The notes beneath the pieces were generated by a model. The model did not search any database. It was not told where the DNA came from and saw only the letters and a list, made by a program, of their open reading frames with translations. From Leptogorgia sarmentosa (Eukaryota), in contig OZ210885.1 of assembly GCA_964658305.1 (NCBI GenBank), positions 25,048,001 to 25,112,000 of the forward strand: a stretch of 64,000 nt of DNA. The letters are read 5' to 3'. Within the stretch, counting starts at the first letter, position 1. Every line of letters starts with the position of its first letter. The position numbers were made by a program, and so were the translations under genes. This document shows, one piece after another, positions 1-13,653 of the stretch.

Positions 1-980
1 TATTATATTAATAATCCTCGTTGAAACATTCAGGTCTAATGGCTAATTATGGCCACGTCATATTTAGCCATAGAAAGTTCCATTTCCAAAGAGTGCAATA
101 GTACGAATACTATTGCACTCCAACGCTTCGCACAGTGCTCGCGGTTTATTATTACAGTTTTTTTAATAGACTGTTGCTGAAAAGGAATAGCTTATTTTGG
201 TATTATATAAAAACAAATAAATGAAATAATGAATGTTTTTATTCATGCATGTTACCTGATTGTTGCAATGGTCATTTTTCTTCGTCGTTGGTTGATACAT
301 CTCTATGATCGTGACCCATATGTACGTCGCCACTCTCGATTTTTTGCAAGAATCTTAATTTTTTTGATTGTGGATGTCTCAGTTGAATGATTGTTTATAG
401 GAATGATTCTTAAGATCACCTGCTTTTTACAGGTACTTGTTTCAATGTTTTGATTCCAATTTTATGGTTATTATCATATGGTTTTTCTTTGGAAATTACG
501 GGTTGTTCAACTAAAAAGTTCACCATCCATTTTCTAATGTGCATTATATCGTCAGGTAAATAATCTATGTCTTCATCTGTTGCCATTATGAATGCATTTA
601 TACACATGAATACACCACAACTACACTGTGTCCAAAAATTATATGCAAATGTGTATTTTCAAAATAATGTCAACAACTTTGAGGTTATGGGAATGAAATT
701 TGGCATGCTCTATCAAAACATTAAGATATAGCGTGTAGTCAAATATTTCACTATTCCGGGTGTTATCTAAAAACATATTCCCCCTTTACAATTAAGATTT
801 TTTTAAATGTCCAATATTTATATGCAACTGTAATTTATCCTTGCAACATGTGAAAATGTTAGACCCAGAAAATAAAATGTAAGACAGAGAATGTACAAAA
901 ACACTCTTTTACTTCAATTTCAGGTAAATACACAAAATTATCTTTGTTCCATTTACAAAATGGGACATTTGTAGCTACAG

Positions 981-3294
981 TCAATACTTAATGTTAGCGC
1001 CACGATTAGCAACAACTGCAATTAGCCTTCGATCCATTGAGGAAGTAAGTTTTGAAACCTCATCTGCCAATATCTTTTGCTGCGACTTGAATTTCATTCC
1101 AAAGTTCATCTTTCAATCTGAACTGCTTGGCATTTGCATTTGATTATGCTCCACAGATTCTCGATCGGATTAAGATCAGGTGAACATGGAGGCCATTCCA
1201 TGATTGTGGCATTTTTGACCAACAATTTTTTCAAGAAACCCAACGTCAAACGTGCAGAATGCAACGGTGCATTATCATGCATAAATATCATTTTCTTTCT
1301 AAATGACAAACTCTTCTTTTTGTACCAGGGTAGCAGAAACTCTTTCAAAAATGCTGTATAGGTTTCAGCAGTTATCTTCACCCCATCCTTTACTCTAAAC
1401 GGACCAACTATTTCATTATTGATGATGCCTGCCCAGAACATGACTCCACCACCACCTTGCTGACGTCTTAATCTCTGGGGAGGAGGCGACTGTGTGTCAT
1501 ACCAGCCTCTACTCCAACCATCTGGACCATCGAGAGTCGCTCTACATTCATCCGTGAATAATACGTTTTCAAAGTTAACTTTCATGTTATTTTCTACCCA
1601 CTTCATTCTTTTTTCACGATGGACACATTTCAAAGGTGGTCTAGCCAATGGTTTTCCACATTTGCTTATCCTTTTCAAGATATGACACCTTGTACTTTTA
1701 GGTGTATTGGGTAAACCAACAGACTCAAAAATGTCTCTGCTGGTTTGGAGGGGATTGCGGCGAATCTCTCTTTTATACGCTTGATCATTCGGGGACTGAC
1801 AATTGAGCTTCCCCTAGGTTTACCTTTGTCTGATCTCCCACTAAAGGATGCTGGGTTTGCAACAAATATTTTGATCGTTCTATGATCACGCTTAAGTGTT
1901 TTAGCTATTTGAAGGGTTGTTTGTTTACTATGAAGCCCAACAGGTGGGAAATTTGTCGGCGCTGACCAAAAAATCGCGGGCACATTGTGTTTACATTCCA
2001 AAACATGGCAGAAAGTTGGCAAACAACTGTTTTAGCTGACGAATGTTTGCTGTTTATTCAAATGATCTCTAACTTTAGTGCTTAATCTTTTAAAATCGAT
2101 CATGATTTCCTTGTTTTGCGATGATTTTTTTTGCAATCGAGTGCGTGGAAGAAGTGAATATGGCGACGTTAACATAGGAGCAATGAGTGGCAAACACCAT
2201 AAATGTCGAGATATGGCTTGTTTGAAACCGTAATCAACGAGGAAAATGTGATATGAGAATGAAATGTAAGTTGAAATTATTCTTTTTATTTCTCAAATTT
2301 CCCATAATTTGTTTGTTAGTGTAACTTGTGCGATTTATACTCGAAGTACTAGCTCGCGAAATTTGACGAAATTTTGAAAATTTGTGAAAATAGCTTGACT
2401 TTGAACTGTATTTTTGTAAAAATCGCCGGTGGCCTCAATTTCAAATATAGCTAAATGAAAAGAAACACTTCTTTGGCGTTTAGTGGTACCAAACCTATCA
2501 ACAGGAAAATAGGGCCTCATGATGCTTTAGTTAAGTGTTTGAGACCCACTTGCTTCACACATGTTGTGGTCTAATTCTGGCCAAGAATCAAAGGCCCAAA
2601 AGTGAATTTACATCATCAAATCTGCTTCGAGAAAGGTCTAGTTTAAAAATATAGCTTTTAATTTAGATTTCGTGACCATAATTTGGTTAGAAATGAAATA
2701 TTTTTGTATTTGATGAGATAGACAAAATTTTGTGTTTATTCAAGTCAGGCTTCAGTGTAATTATAATGATAACCGGCAATGAAATGAAGATATTTCAAAA
2801 ACTGGCGGTGGCCTCACGATGAAACATTCCAAAAATACTCTCCACTTCATGTATTTTCTTGTGATACTTTACTTGTAAGCGTCAAAATAGGGCCTTGAAC
2901 AGGCCCGGGGTTTGTATTTTAGCCTTCGGTAGAAGTGAAATCTCACGCCTCATCACAAGTTATTTTGCTCTGCCGTGATTTGTGCTCTGTCGCTGATATT
3001 TAAACCTTTACGACATAAATATTGTCATCCTCGTTAGGATACGAACATTTCACAGAAAATTCTAATTATTGCAGATTAACTTGTGACTGTAAACAGTGGG
3101 TAGAAGTATGCCATTCAGAATCGACACAAGATTTGTTTTGATTGTTCGTGAAATGTACATTTCTTCTTCCCGCAAAATACACGCACGTCTCGTGGGGATT
3201 TCCCGCGCATGCTCAGACAAATTTCCCACCTGTTATGAAGCCCCTGAATTATTGTTGATTTTTCATTCTCAGTCAAAGTGACTTTCTTTCCCAT
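981..3294 (-). pseudogene. Tc1-family transposase, DD37E, frameshifted and interrupted
   Basis: MGKKVTLTENEK start at 3294. The HTH region rejoins as IIQGLH|SKQTTLQIAK. Motifs VLFTDE, FMHDNAP and WPPCSPDLNPIEN, with 37 residues between the second D and E. Confidence 0.9.
1939..3234. mobile_element. Non-autonomous TIR element with 9-bp TSD (superfamily uncertain, Mutator-like TSD length)
   Basis: Perfect 19-bp TIR AACAGGTGGGAAATTTGTC. ATGAAGCCC is duplicated at 1930-1938 and 3235-3243. Confidence 0.88.
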
Positions 3295-5920
3295 ATTGCA
3301 TATAAAAACAGGACCTATTCTGAGCTTCGAACATTTAGAGCTGCTGTGATCTGTGATTATATGCGCAGGCATTAGTGTTTCCACTTTGCACGCAAAATGT
3401 CATAAATTTCCGTTCAATATTGCACCCCATATTGTGCAAAAATGCACTTGTATATAATTTTTGCACGCAGTGTAGAAGAGTCTCTCTGTCTTGGGATATC
3501 ATTTGGTGAAAGGAAAAGCCAACGTCTCAAATTAAACTTGTGGGCATGACCGGTGAATATAGCTCTAATAAAACCGGTTACTTTCGAAAAGACCGACAAG
3601 TTGGTTACAAGAAGTGAGTCGTAGTATACAAGCATGGACGATTTCGGATAACATGAGTAGAGAACAGTGGTTGCTATTATGAACTGGAAACACAAGCATT
3701 TCGTATTCTAGTGGATCTACAGATAAGACATTGGAAAGGACGCCGCTTTCTCGTGACAGGTTGTCCAACGCATTGTAAAGATATGTTGAGAAGATATGTA
3801 GTCGTGAACTGGGATTACTGATCCTTTGAAGAAAACTGTTAACTACGTCCCCACTTAACCAATTGCCACCTTTTAAGGTTTTTAGGTGATATGATGAGAT
3901 ATTATCACTTGCATAGAATAGTTCTTTTTTGTACGTCCATATCCGTTCTACGTCAGTCTGAGAACGTTTACCTAGTTGCCAAGAAGACGTTTGCTGTTCC
4001 TGCTGGGAATCCTCCATCATATATTCTTCAGGTGTTATTCCTTGATTTTCTTCTTGTTTAGTGTAGAAGCACATGTATACACTTCTCTTGAAATCATTTG
4101 ACTTCACTAAAGTTTCAGAATCCACAATGTTAACTGCTTCATCATCGTATACAAATGCAGTATGGTCGTTATTGAAAATGCAGCTAACAAAATGTCCAAA
4201 ACCAATTGTTGTACCCTTAGCTGCAAAATAGCTGCCCAAAGATTGAAATTTATGTCGTTCGCATCGAAATGTTCTCCAACAATCCCCCTTAGATTTATTA
4301 CCATGTCGAGGGTATTGCCAGTGCTAATTCACTATGATGCATGGCTGGTTTTCTTTCTGAACATTCATTGCAGACTTCGTCTTCTTCTGTTGAAAACCTG
4401 CCATACATCCTGGTCCAAAGAGATGTGGGGATGTATAATATCACATTCCACGTTGTACTGCTTTTCCCACTGAGTGAGTGGCATGTTGGTACTAAGCATC
4501 TGTTGAGCTCTAATGTCGTCAATTTGAAGAGTCGTTCCAGCTCCTCTTTCCCTTCCACTGGAAGCTGCTCGTTGATTCGATTCAAAAGCATGTTCAGGAA
4601 CTCACTTGAATCCTTATGTTCCAATTTATTTGGTGCCATACCACACGATTGGGTGATATTTAATGGTCCTTCCCGTAATTTGAGAGCTGCACTCTTATTT
4701 GGTGGACTCATTAGAAATTTAAGAGTACGAATCGTATCATAAATGAGCACTGTAGAGTACTGCTTAGCCAACAGTTAGACTCGATGTTTCGTATTCCTTT
4801 ATTAGGTTGGGTAATAATAGGATAGGAGAAATCAGCACACCGTTCTGCAATCTGACCAACAGCTTGATCGCCTTGGGAATACACAGAAATTATGGAAAAC
4901 TCGTCGTACAATTTGCTCACACATTCTCTATTCAAGTTCGGACTTGCCAACGTGAAAACCGAACGAAGTACAAAGGGAACAAACGTTTTGTAAATACAGT
5001 TCGTGCAGAAGTAGTTAGTTTCACTTAGTCTTGCAAGACCTGTACAAAAATCGATACACTTACAGTGGAATAATTCATTGCATAGGGAACTCGAAACAGC
5101 ACTAACATTTTCTTTCTGACGACATATGCAATGTGGAGTAGCGGTTAGATTTTCCGGAACGTACGACATTGGTATAGTATGTTTATCAGTGTCGTTGACA
5201 TTCTTTTGTTTCTGATACTTCGTCCACATTTTTAAAATTTCTTTTTTTATTTGATCATACCCATGTATTCGGCTAGAAACGTCAGGCCATACCAATCTTT
5301 CATATTCTTCAAAATTTGTTAAACCCAAGTCTCCAACTTTTCGTTCATTTTTCTGCGGCATAGACGACTTTTCGTTCATTTTTCTGCGGCATAGACGGGT
5401 TAAAATTAAGTTTTTACTGGTAGAATTCAAGTACCTACCCTTCTTATGTGCTGGTCGGCCGGGGCTGGGTTTTTGCCATTGCTCTTCCGGTATTGAAACA
5501 TTATTATCCATGAATTCCATTTCGTCTTCGTGATAATTTTTTGATAAATCCGATGAAGCATCGGGGCTGTCAGTGGGTTCTTTTGCGATAGTGGAGCATA
5601 GCGTCTGCAGTTTCATTTTGGTAGATTGTCTGATATTATTGTTTTCTTTGATCATTGTATCAACAAACAGTCTTTGTAATGCTAGATTATCTCTATAGTT
5701 TTCACCGATGAAGGTGTCCAATCGAAGATGTCTTTCCCTTTTGAATGAGCATTTTTTTTTAAGTTTGAAGAAGTCTTTTTTTTCTCCATTAGTTTGGTTG
5801 TCAGTGGAATAATTTCGAACAGCTGATGCTGCCAAATTAGTGGATGAAGAATAGTCAGCATTATGTCTTGATAAATCGCCAAGCAACAAATCCGACCAAA
5901 GAATGCAAGATGGAAGATAG

Positions 5921-7138
5921 AGATTTCTTCATGGGAAGTGCTGACGTATGGTATATACGTACGCATTTATTTGTTTTCGGAAAACGAACGAGCGAGTTTT
6001 GCGAAAACAAATTAACAAGTGCGTAAATACCATACAAAGCACTTCCCATGAACAAATTTGTTTATTTTATAGATACTGATATTTTCTATTCAAAACTGTT
6101 TTAGAACGGAGCTTCAGGTTTATTCATGGAATCTGGTCTCTTCTCGCAATACGTTCTGTAAACTGCAACTGGGTCTCTGTCGCGCAAGCTGTTCGGTAAT
6201 GCTAATGCTTTTGGCTTTACAGGTCTTATATTGCGAGGTTCTGCACCTGTTCTTGTTTTCGTTTGACACTCTGAATATTCCAGATACTCCGTTCCGTCTG
6301 CTGCCGCCATTAATTTAACATCTCCCCAACACATTTGTCTGTGCTCGTCACAACCTCGCAGACCAAAGTGCAGTGAGTTAAACAACCACAATGTGTTCAG
6401 TACTGCCTCAGCATTTGAAATTCCGAGCAGATCCTGTTCGTACAGAGTGTTTATCTCGTTATCAGTCAAGGGTTGAGCAGCATTTGGTTTGTTCTCTTTG
6501 CCTTCTTTCTTTAATTTTTACATCGTGCTTGGAGAGATTTTCGTGTTTGCTCGAATGCAATGCTTTCGATAATGTTTGCAGTATATTTACGCTCCTTTAA
6601 GTGTCGATGAAAGCTCGATATAAATCCTCGAAGGCTAGAAGGTTCGTAGTCTTTGCCATCCTTTCTTTTCACACTATAGATAAACTCAGATAGACGACCA
6701 TTTAACTCTTCAGGAGGCAATTCTTCTGGATTTTGTAGCTCATTTTTTTGTCTCAAAAAGTCAATGAGCAACCTTACATCTCTGTCAGTTTTGGCATGGG
6801 CATTTTTGTTTTCTTGCTCAAGAATGTAATCTTCAATAGGTTTGTCAAGTGTTTCAAACCTTTCCTCGACACTGGACATTGTGAAAAAAAAACAGAAAAA
6901 GACGGCAAACAATAAATACTTGGCTTTTAGCGTAATCATTGCAGGCCAATTTTGCAAGTCGTGAGCGAATTTGCTCGTACATAAACACTCTATGACGCTG
7001 ATTGGACGAAACGCTTTTCGAACGTGTGAAAAAATCGTTTCATGTTTCCGATTGGGTATTGTCAGTTTAGAACAAATATTGAAATGGCTTTTCACATGAA
7101 TTCAGCTATATACTTAAATATCAGTATCCATATAATAA
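5921..7138 (-). mobile_element. Crypton-like element, internally deleted
   Basis: Flanked by ATAG (5917-5920 and 7139-7142). The terminal TTATTATATGGATACTGATATTT has an internal inverted copy near 6061-6084. A further inverted pair TTCATGGGAAGTGCT spans about 5928-6052. Removal restores the host frame. Confidence 0.8.
6101..6879 (-). pseudogene. Crypton tyrosine recombinase (DUF3504/ZMYM/KIAA1958-like), frameshifted and C-terminally truncated
   Basis: KRKDGKDYEPSSLRGFISSFHRHL and FNSLHFGLRG..EHRQM..GD..YLEYSE..TKTRTG. The C-terminal H-x-x-R/Tyr part is not seen. Confidence 0.82.
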
Positions 7139-9917
7139 ATAGTGTTTTGCAACGTAGTCGAAAAAGGCCGGCATGTAGTACTTGTTACGATCACTGTTAA
7201 CTTCTTTTAACATGTTCGTTTTTTTAATAGTTTGTAGTTCTTCCTCCCAAAACAGCTTAACTGAAGAACATGGCCCAATTACCTCATTGCTCACTGGAAA
7301 ATTTTCAGAAAATTCCATGCCTTCTTCGTTGCTTTCATTATCAGATTCAACAAGTTCTTCATCTATAATATTTTCTGAATTAAATGTACGTATACATTCT
7401 GAAAATTGATCCAACTTTTCTGTCAACATATCAGACAAATTTTGTTTTGAAAATAACATATCCCAAACTTACGATCCCTTTCATTTCTTTCAGCGATGTT
7501 GCGGTTAAAAGGCGCCCAAAAAATCGCATCACAATGTGTATTTGGCTTTCAGCTGGATGACCCTTTTCGCATAGGTTCTTGGCGTGTCGTTTAATTATTT
7601 GCATCATATGTGCCAAACATACATGATGGATTGTTTTCTGAACTTCTTCTGGTGTTGCTTTCCCATTCACAACCCGGAATCCTCGTTCGAAGTATTCCTC
7701 CAATGACTCATTATTGAATTCCCTAAGACAGGCATTTATGATTGCCATACTGAAGTCACTCATCACAAGAACAGGAGTTACCTCTTTTTTGAATATTTCT
7801 CGTTCTCGCTCTCTCAGCGTACATATCATTAATCAGATGGAGTCCGCAGTATGTAGGCTAGTAATGTATTCACCTATGGGAACAGGGGAATTCCTGGGAA
7901 AAGGATTCCGTAATACCATTGCATAATAGAGCAGTCTGTTATATTTTTTCTCATTCGCAAACAAGTTACCAGTAGCATCAATGTAAACAATGTCATGTCT
8001 CATGAGTTCGTGGTAAAGTCGTAAAGACGCTTCATTAAACAAGACGATATTTATATTTGGTGACATGTTGCACATTTGAATGTACCCAAAACATTTTCGC
8101 CATGTATGCCCAAGACTTATAGCTCGATTTTCGTCTTCCTTTGCAATAGAATCATGTAATTCCGATAAATTTTTAGTCAGGTCATGGTCACTCTGATGCC
8201 TAGCTTTCGCTTCAGATTTAATCCCTTTCATTGTCCCATGAGTAAGGCCTGATCCAGTTCGAATGCCGGCAGACAAATGGTCTGTGTCAATATCTAGTAA
8301 GCTGTCTCGATGCATTTTTGATGGCTCTTGATTTCAATGCATGGTCAATTAGTTTGGAGCGTTCATTACCTGTGATTTTTTTGCTTTTGCCGACGTTACA
8401 TTTTGACAGACATCGCTGGTAAAACGAATTTCCAACACACCTTCTTCCCTGTTTGCAATCTTCAGCTGTACCAACACATCCCCAAATTTGCATGTTGCAG
8501 CACCACACCAATACGGGGATGACTTCTTTCTGGAATTTAATTTCTTAATATAATTTCTTTTAAAAATCCAACAGCAGTAAGGATTAAACTTTTTCAAAAT
8601 GTCGGAAAAGAATGATGGTAACCTGCGCCAAAAGCCCTGTGAGTTTTTCCTCTTCTGGTCTGCAACGTTCTTTACGGGTATATCACGCCACTTTGAAGAA
8701 AGTGAAACAAGAGATACGTCTTTGCTGAGTTGTGCACGAAATGTACCGGATGATGGAACATTGCTACTTGATAATGATTTTGCTGTTACACCCGAAACAT
8801 TGGGAATATTAAGAAACTTGTTTTCTTCGGATTCACCATGTTGATCATGAACTTTTTCGTAGCTGAGACAGTCATCTGATAACAGATCTTTTACAATTTT
8901 GCGCCTTGATTTGCTGCATGACGAAGTTGTACACTTTTGTACTTGACCATGGCAAAACTGACCTTGCAATGGCGACGACGTTTTCTGTATGGGCTGATCA
9001 TAATATTCATTTTCATCCATGAAATGTTAATGGTAAATTGAACTTATAGCGCTTCCTATAACTCCGCCAAGAAATTCTGTCATTTCATTGAAACAAGAAG
9101 GCTTATCCTTACCTTTTATTGGCAGACTTTTACTTTCTGGGTGCATTTCTTTATCGCTTGCATATGAGGTGCCAAACATGACAATATTGTGTCAAAAAAA
9201 ATATTTGCGTCTGCAAAAATAATAACTTTACTCACATATTTATGTCACAATATTTCAATATACGATACGAAAAATTTATTTACGGCTATAAGAAAAAATA
9301 TGTACAGCTATTTAAAAATATATTTATAGCTATTGCGCTGGCTGGTAGAGGTCAGCGGAATAGATGTACTTCGGCGACTACTTCATATTATGTACACCCA
9401 TAGCAAATGGCGGACGATGTAGATTTGTACAACTTTTTTCTTGAGGAAATTCCTTCACTGTATAACAGAGTTCAGCAGGCTATTCATTGTGACGATATTA
9501 ATGTCTTAGAGTACTTTGAAAGACGATTGGACGATCATGTCCATGTTATCGAAGCCGTCGTCGATCAATGCCAAGAAAGTGAACAAATAGTCATTAACAG
9601 GGAGTTAAATGGCTTAAATCAGTTAATTGAGCTCTTGCTAAATGTGCGTCAACAAGTCAACTCTCTGTACGAAACTGTACAGCAACTATGTTTTAAGCAT
9701 CGAGACTACCATTCAGTAGACTAGCATTAACCAGGAGGTCTTACAATGTGCCTTGTCCAAATGCTCTATGGTAGGCATAAGTTTGGTTTTTAGTTATTAA
9801 AATAATTTTATAAAGCTGAATTCAATTCCTACCAAGGAATGGTGACTTTTTATCATGTAACAAGGTCAAACTCAAGTTAAAATTTTTTCTGGATAGCACA
9901 ATGTGGAACCTCTCCCC

Positions 9918-9957
9918 ATGACCCCTCTATATATATGTATATATATAGAGGGGTCAT
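9918..9957. repeat. 40-bp hairpin/palindrome with (TA)n core
   Basis: ATGACCCCTCTATATATA-tg-TATATATATAGAGGGGTCAT. Confidence 0.8.
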
Positions 9958-12397
9958 TTTCAGAAACAAATATTTAAAACCTTTTGTTCTTACTCCAGGC
10001 ATGTAGATGGCCATCATAAACTAATCCGCTGGAGATTTGTTATTCACGGGGGGTTGATGGTTATAGCCGATGTATAGTGTACCTACGCTGCAGTACAAAT
10101 AACAGGGCAAATACCATGGCATCATTGTTTCTGCAAGCAGTCCATCGTTTTGGTCTACCATCTCGAGTCAGGTCTGACATGGGGACTGAGAATGTGGATA
10201 TAGCCAGATACATGCTGTATCACCCAGAAAGAGGACTAAACAGAGGGAGTATGATCACCGGGAGAAGCATTCACAACCAGAGAATAGAACGTCTATGGTT
10301 GGATGTGAAAATAATATGTCTCTTACTATCAAAACATCTTTTACTACCTGGAACAATGCGATCTTCTTAATCCTGATAGTGAACATGACTTGTTCATTTT
10401 GCATTATGCGTTCTTGCCACGTCTGTGAATGAATTGGTAAATGTTTGGAATAACCATCCCATGAGTACTACTGGAAATCGTTCCCCTTTACAACTATGGC
10501 ATTCAGCAGGGGCGGATCTAGGGTAAGTCAAATAAAGCACGCGACTTACGTAAAATTCGCCTAATTAATATTCAATAAATATTCAAGAAGAACCAGCACT
10601 CCAGTTACATTTTTCATCCTGTTCTCGCAAAATTAATATTCTCGACAAGCGGTCCAGATCAGAAACCACTGATCTCTATGGATAAAGCAAAATTTGCCAA
10701 TCCAGCCATTTGATTGGCTTATACACGTTTTGCTTTATGTTTGCGGGGGTCTGCTTAAATTTGACGTAATAGTGCAGAGACCTGATTGGTCGAAACCGAA
10801 TTTCGCTTTATTCTTCGCTGGGGTCTGCTTTATTCTCATTAATATGCGAGATTTTTGGCAATTGTGATTGGTCGGTTCGCGATCTACGTAGGGTCTGCTT
10901 TGTCTGCTTCGATTTTTGACTCATCAGCATGCGCGTTATTCGTTCTTTTACTGATCGTCCTGTTATTGAGAGTGTCCTCAAGTTGTAAGTGCGTATCAGT
11001 AAAAATTAAATCGAGCGGTGAATGCTTTTATTCAAAAATGATTGAATACGAGCACGTTAAAGCGGCATTTGAATCAAACGACGAAGTTATGATAAGAAAG
11101 GCGAACGAGAGCCTTCTGAAACAACTGAATGTCGCTTCGGATTCGGCGAAGACAACAGACGCGCTTCTGGCAGCTGTCCGTGACCCTGGCTGTACTCTCG
11201 CCAGAAATTTTGAGGCAGAGACGTACGTCCCATCTTTTGTCAGAAAACAAGGGAAAAAATGTACAGCAATAAGGTAAGAATCTGAATCTTTACTTGGAGC
11301 ATTAACAGTTGTAAATATATGAAATATCAAATATGTTATAGTTGACCTTTGAGAAAATTAGCATACGTTTGCGCGTCGGTGCAAAGGTCATATTAATTCA
11401 TTTCATTATTCATATTCATGTGCCTTAAACAGTTAAACTCTTCATATAATCTATAAACACGGTCTTATTTTGTATTTATATATTTAATAATATCAAATCT
11501 CTGATTGCTCAGACTGAGCTCAGTAAATTTTGCTTCTCTGGTATCGACCACATGTTTTATAACACGATGACATGATTCACATGAAATACAATCGGTCTTG
11601 CAGACCAGGTTGAGACTTGAGTCAGTCTGGTTGATGAGTTTTTTTCAGATTAGTTTATTTGGTCAATTATGTTATTATTAAGAGGCTACTACTACTAATA
11701 ATAGTTAATATCTACACTTTATAGTATAAATTAAATATGGAATTGCACTTTTTGATTAATTTTGAAATTTTTGTAGGTCAGAAGCTTCTGGTAATTGTTT
11801 GTATAGTGCTGTGTCATTGGTAATGGTAGGTGACAATACTTTAGTCAAAACTCTTCGAATTTTGACATCAATTGAGCTTTTCCTCCATCCAAATTTTTAT
11901 TGCCAGCATCCTTGCTTCTTGTCTCTTATAAAAGAGCATGGTGAGCACTTTGCAAAAAGTGTTGCTAACCTTTTACCACTGTCAGTCTCAGTTGAGTGCT
12001 TAGATACTAGGTTAACCAAAGGTTGCGGTCACACTAGCGCTAGAATTGTGCTTGCTTGGACTTAATCCACTTGAATCAATCAACATGTCAGCCTCCAAGC
12101 ACGCTTGATAGTGTGACCGCGCAAAACGCATAATCCGAGCTTGCTTGAAATTTGATACATTTTGCTTAAAACTACAAACGCACCGCAGCAAGCTTCAAGC
12201 ACGGTAGAGACGGTGACTGAACTGCGCTAGAATGCATATCTCAAGAGGATTATAAAGCGCGACCAATAGAAGCGCTCCCTGTCTAAAAGCATTAGAAAGC
12301 TCGCAATAAATTGTATAACGCGCCAAATTTCGAAACACAGACACAAATATTGCAGGCGAACACACGATCTTTCGTATAGTCTAGTTAGAACATCAAA

Positions 12398-13393
12398 ATG
12401 GATGAAACGCTGAACCGCACGCGTCCCAGTGAAAGTGCTGCTCCATCATATCCATACATCCAAGAGGCCTTTCCGAATCAATTCATTCCAAACTCCGTCT
12501 GGATGAATACACAAAATAATTCGCAGGCGTGTTATGGTGGCCCGTATTTTCCTTATGTTGCACAACCACCGAATATATCTACATCTCCTACGTCGCAAAC
12601 CCGTACAGAAAATGCTTCGCCCACCGCCACTAGTTCGACGAAATCAAGCAATGCGTACGATTCTGTCGATTCAGATCCCATCGCTCCGAACGTATGTGAA
12701 ATTGGCGCCAAAGGCAATACAACTACAAGATGGAGGGAAGAGCAAACCACCGTGTTAGTCCACGAATGGAAAGAGAGAATCGAGGAGTTAGAGAGCAGCA
12801 GGGCGACAGAAACATGGCGTCACATTGTCGACGCTGTGAACAAGGCTGGAACAGCGAAGACCGTGAAACAATGTAAAAACAAGATACGGAATTTAAAGCA
12901 GGCTTATAAAGAAGCTAAAGCGAACAATAACAGGACGGGGAGCTCACCTAAGAAAAGCCCATTCTTCGATACTTTCGATGATGTTCTTGGAACAAGGGCG
13001 GTGGTTACCATGCCCGGGGTAATCCAAAGTGATTCAGTGGATGAAACAGCAACGCTATCACACGAATCGGACGACGAAGAATCGGATGACTCGGACAGTA
13101 CTGAAAGTACATCCTCTCCAGAACAAAATGCCACAGCCAAACGAAAGAAACAACCTCAGAAGCCCGCAAGAAAACCGAAGAAACCTCGTGTCACTGCGGC
13201 GACGGCCATGATCGACTTGACGGAAAAATTAGTTGATATGCAACGATCGCAAGCTGAATTGATGGCTAAGGCACAATCACGCACAGAAGAACTCATGTTG
13301 AAAATGGAAATGGAGCAAAGAAAGCTGGATGAGGAATCAAGGCGAAGGGATCAAGAGTTCTTCTTGCGTATGGCAGAAATTATGAAAAAGTAG
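12398..13393 (+). CDS. Harbinger Myb/SANT-like (trihelix) DNA-binding protein, 331 aa
   Basis: RWREEQTTVLVHEW..W..I......KTVKQCKNKIRNLKQAYK...PFFDTFDDVLG, plus an acidic tract and a coiled-coil C-terminus. Confidence 0.9.
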   Translation: MDETLNRTRPSESAAPSYPYIQEAFPNQFIPNSVWMNTQNNSQACYGGPYFPYVAQPPNISTSPTSQTRTENASPTATSSTKSSNAYDSVDSDPIAPNVCEIGAKGNTTTRWREEQTTVLVHEWKERIEELESSRATETWRHIVDAVNKAGTAKTVKQCKNKIRNLKQAYKEAKANNNRTGSSPKKSPFFDTFDDVLGTRAVVTMPGVIQSDSVDETATLSHESDDEESDDSDSTESTSSPEQNATAKRKKQPQKPARKPKKPRVTAATAMIDLTEKLVDMQRSQAELMAKAQSRTEELMLKMEMEQRKLDEESRRRDQEFFLRMAEIMKK

Positions 13394-13653
13394 AACAGTA
13401 TATAGAACCTTTACAAATTATTCAAATAAGAACAATATTATTATAATATTATATATATATATATCATTTCTGTTTAATTACAATATCATTAAGTATATCA
13501 ATAATAAACTATGTAAAAATAGGATTTAGCAAAATTGAATTTTTAATACAAATATATATTCAACCTGAGTATCAATGTTAATTTGCCTCTACATGACATA
13601 AGTTTTATAACTACCCAATTTTTCTTTAAAATAACTTTGCAAAAATAGATAGT

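Larger units (their letters stand above)
624..3472 (-). mobile_element. Tc1-like DNA transposon (DD37E type), defective
   Basis: About 28-bp imperfect TIRs: CACTGTGTCCAAAAATTATATGCAAATG vs CACTGCGTGCAAAAATTATATACAAGTG. TA TSD at 622-623 and 3473-3474. Confidence 0.92.
416..9020 (-). pseudogene. Mutator/NOF(FB)-like transposase fused to degenerate PHD finger, USP (C19) and Ulp1/SENP (C48) protease domains; frameshifted and split by two insertions
   Basis: Successive minus-strand ORFs carry YIDATG, VMSDFSMAIINA..FN, HVCLAH and WSDLLLGDL (MULE/NOF-type), then CICR..FHCKC..FCTNC (PHD-like), GIRNIESNCWLSS and GHFVSC..VYDD (USP Cys/His boxes), and LKTLKGGNWLSGDVVN..HIFSTY..FPVH (Ulp1). Removing the Tc1 gives PRQRDSSSCGVFMC. 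Removing the Crypton gives KHYLPSCILWSDLLLG in frame. Confidence 0.8.

Noticed and set aside
91..120. 13-bp-stem hairpin as terminator or ncRNA
   Set aside because: It is a real palindrome, but it sits at the window edge and is probably part of another repeat end. No function can be supported.
5336..5397. 31-bp tandem duplication as a recoding signal
   Set aside because: Most simply a decay mutation in an already frameshifted pseudogene.
5861..6055. 64-aa ORF as part of the MULE transposase
   Set aside because: It lies mostly in the Crypton terminal region. The host frame rejoins at 5919 as KHYLPSCILWSD.
10855..11037. Hydrophobic N-terminal extension of ORF 10855..11277
   Set aside because: It starts at TTG in the hAT subterminal/promoter region. 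The ATG at 11038 is the more plausible start.
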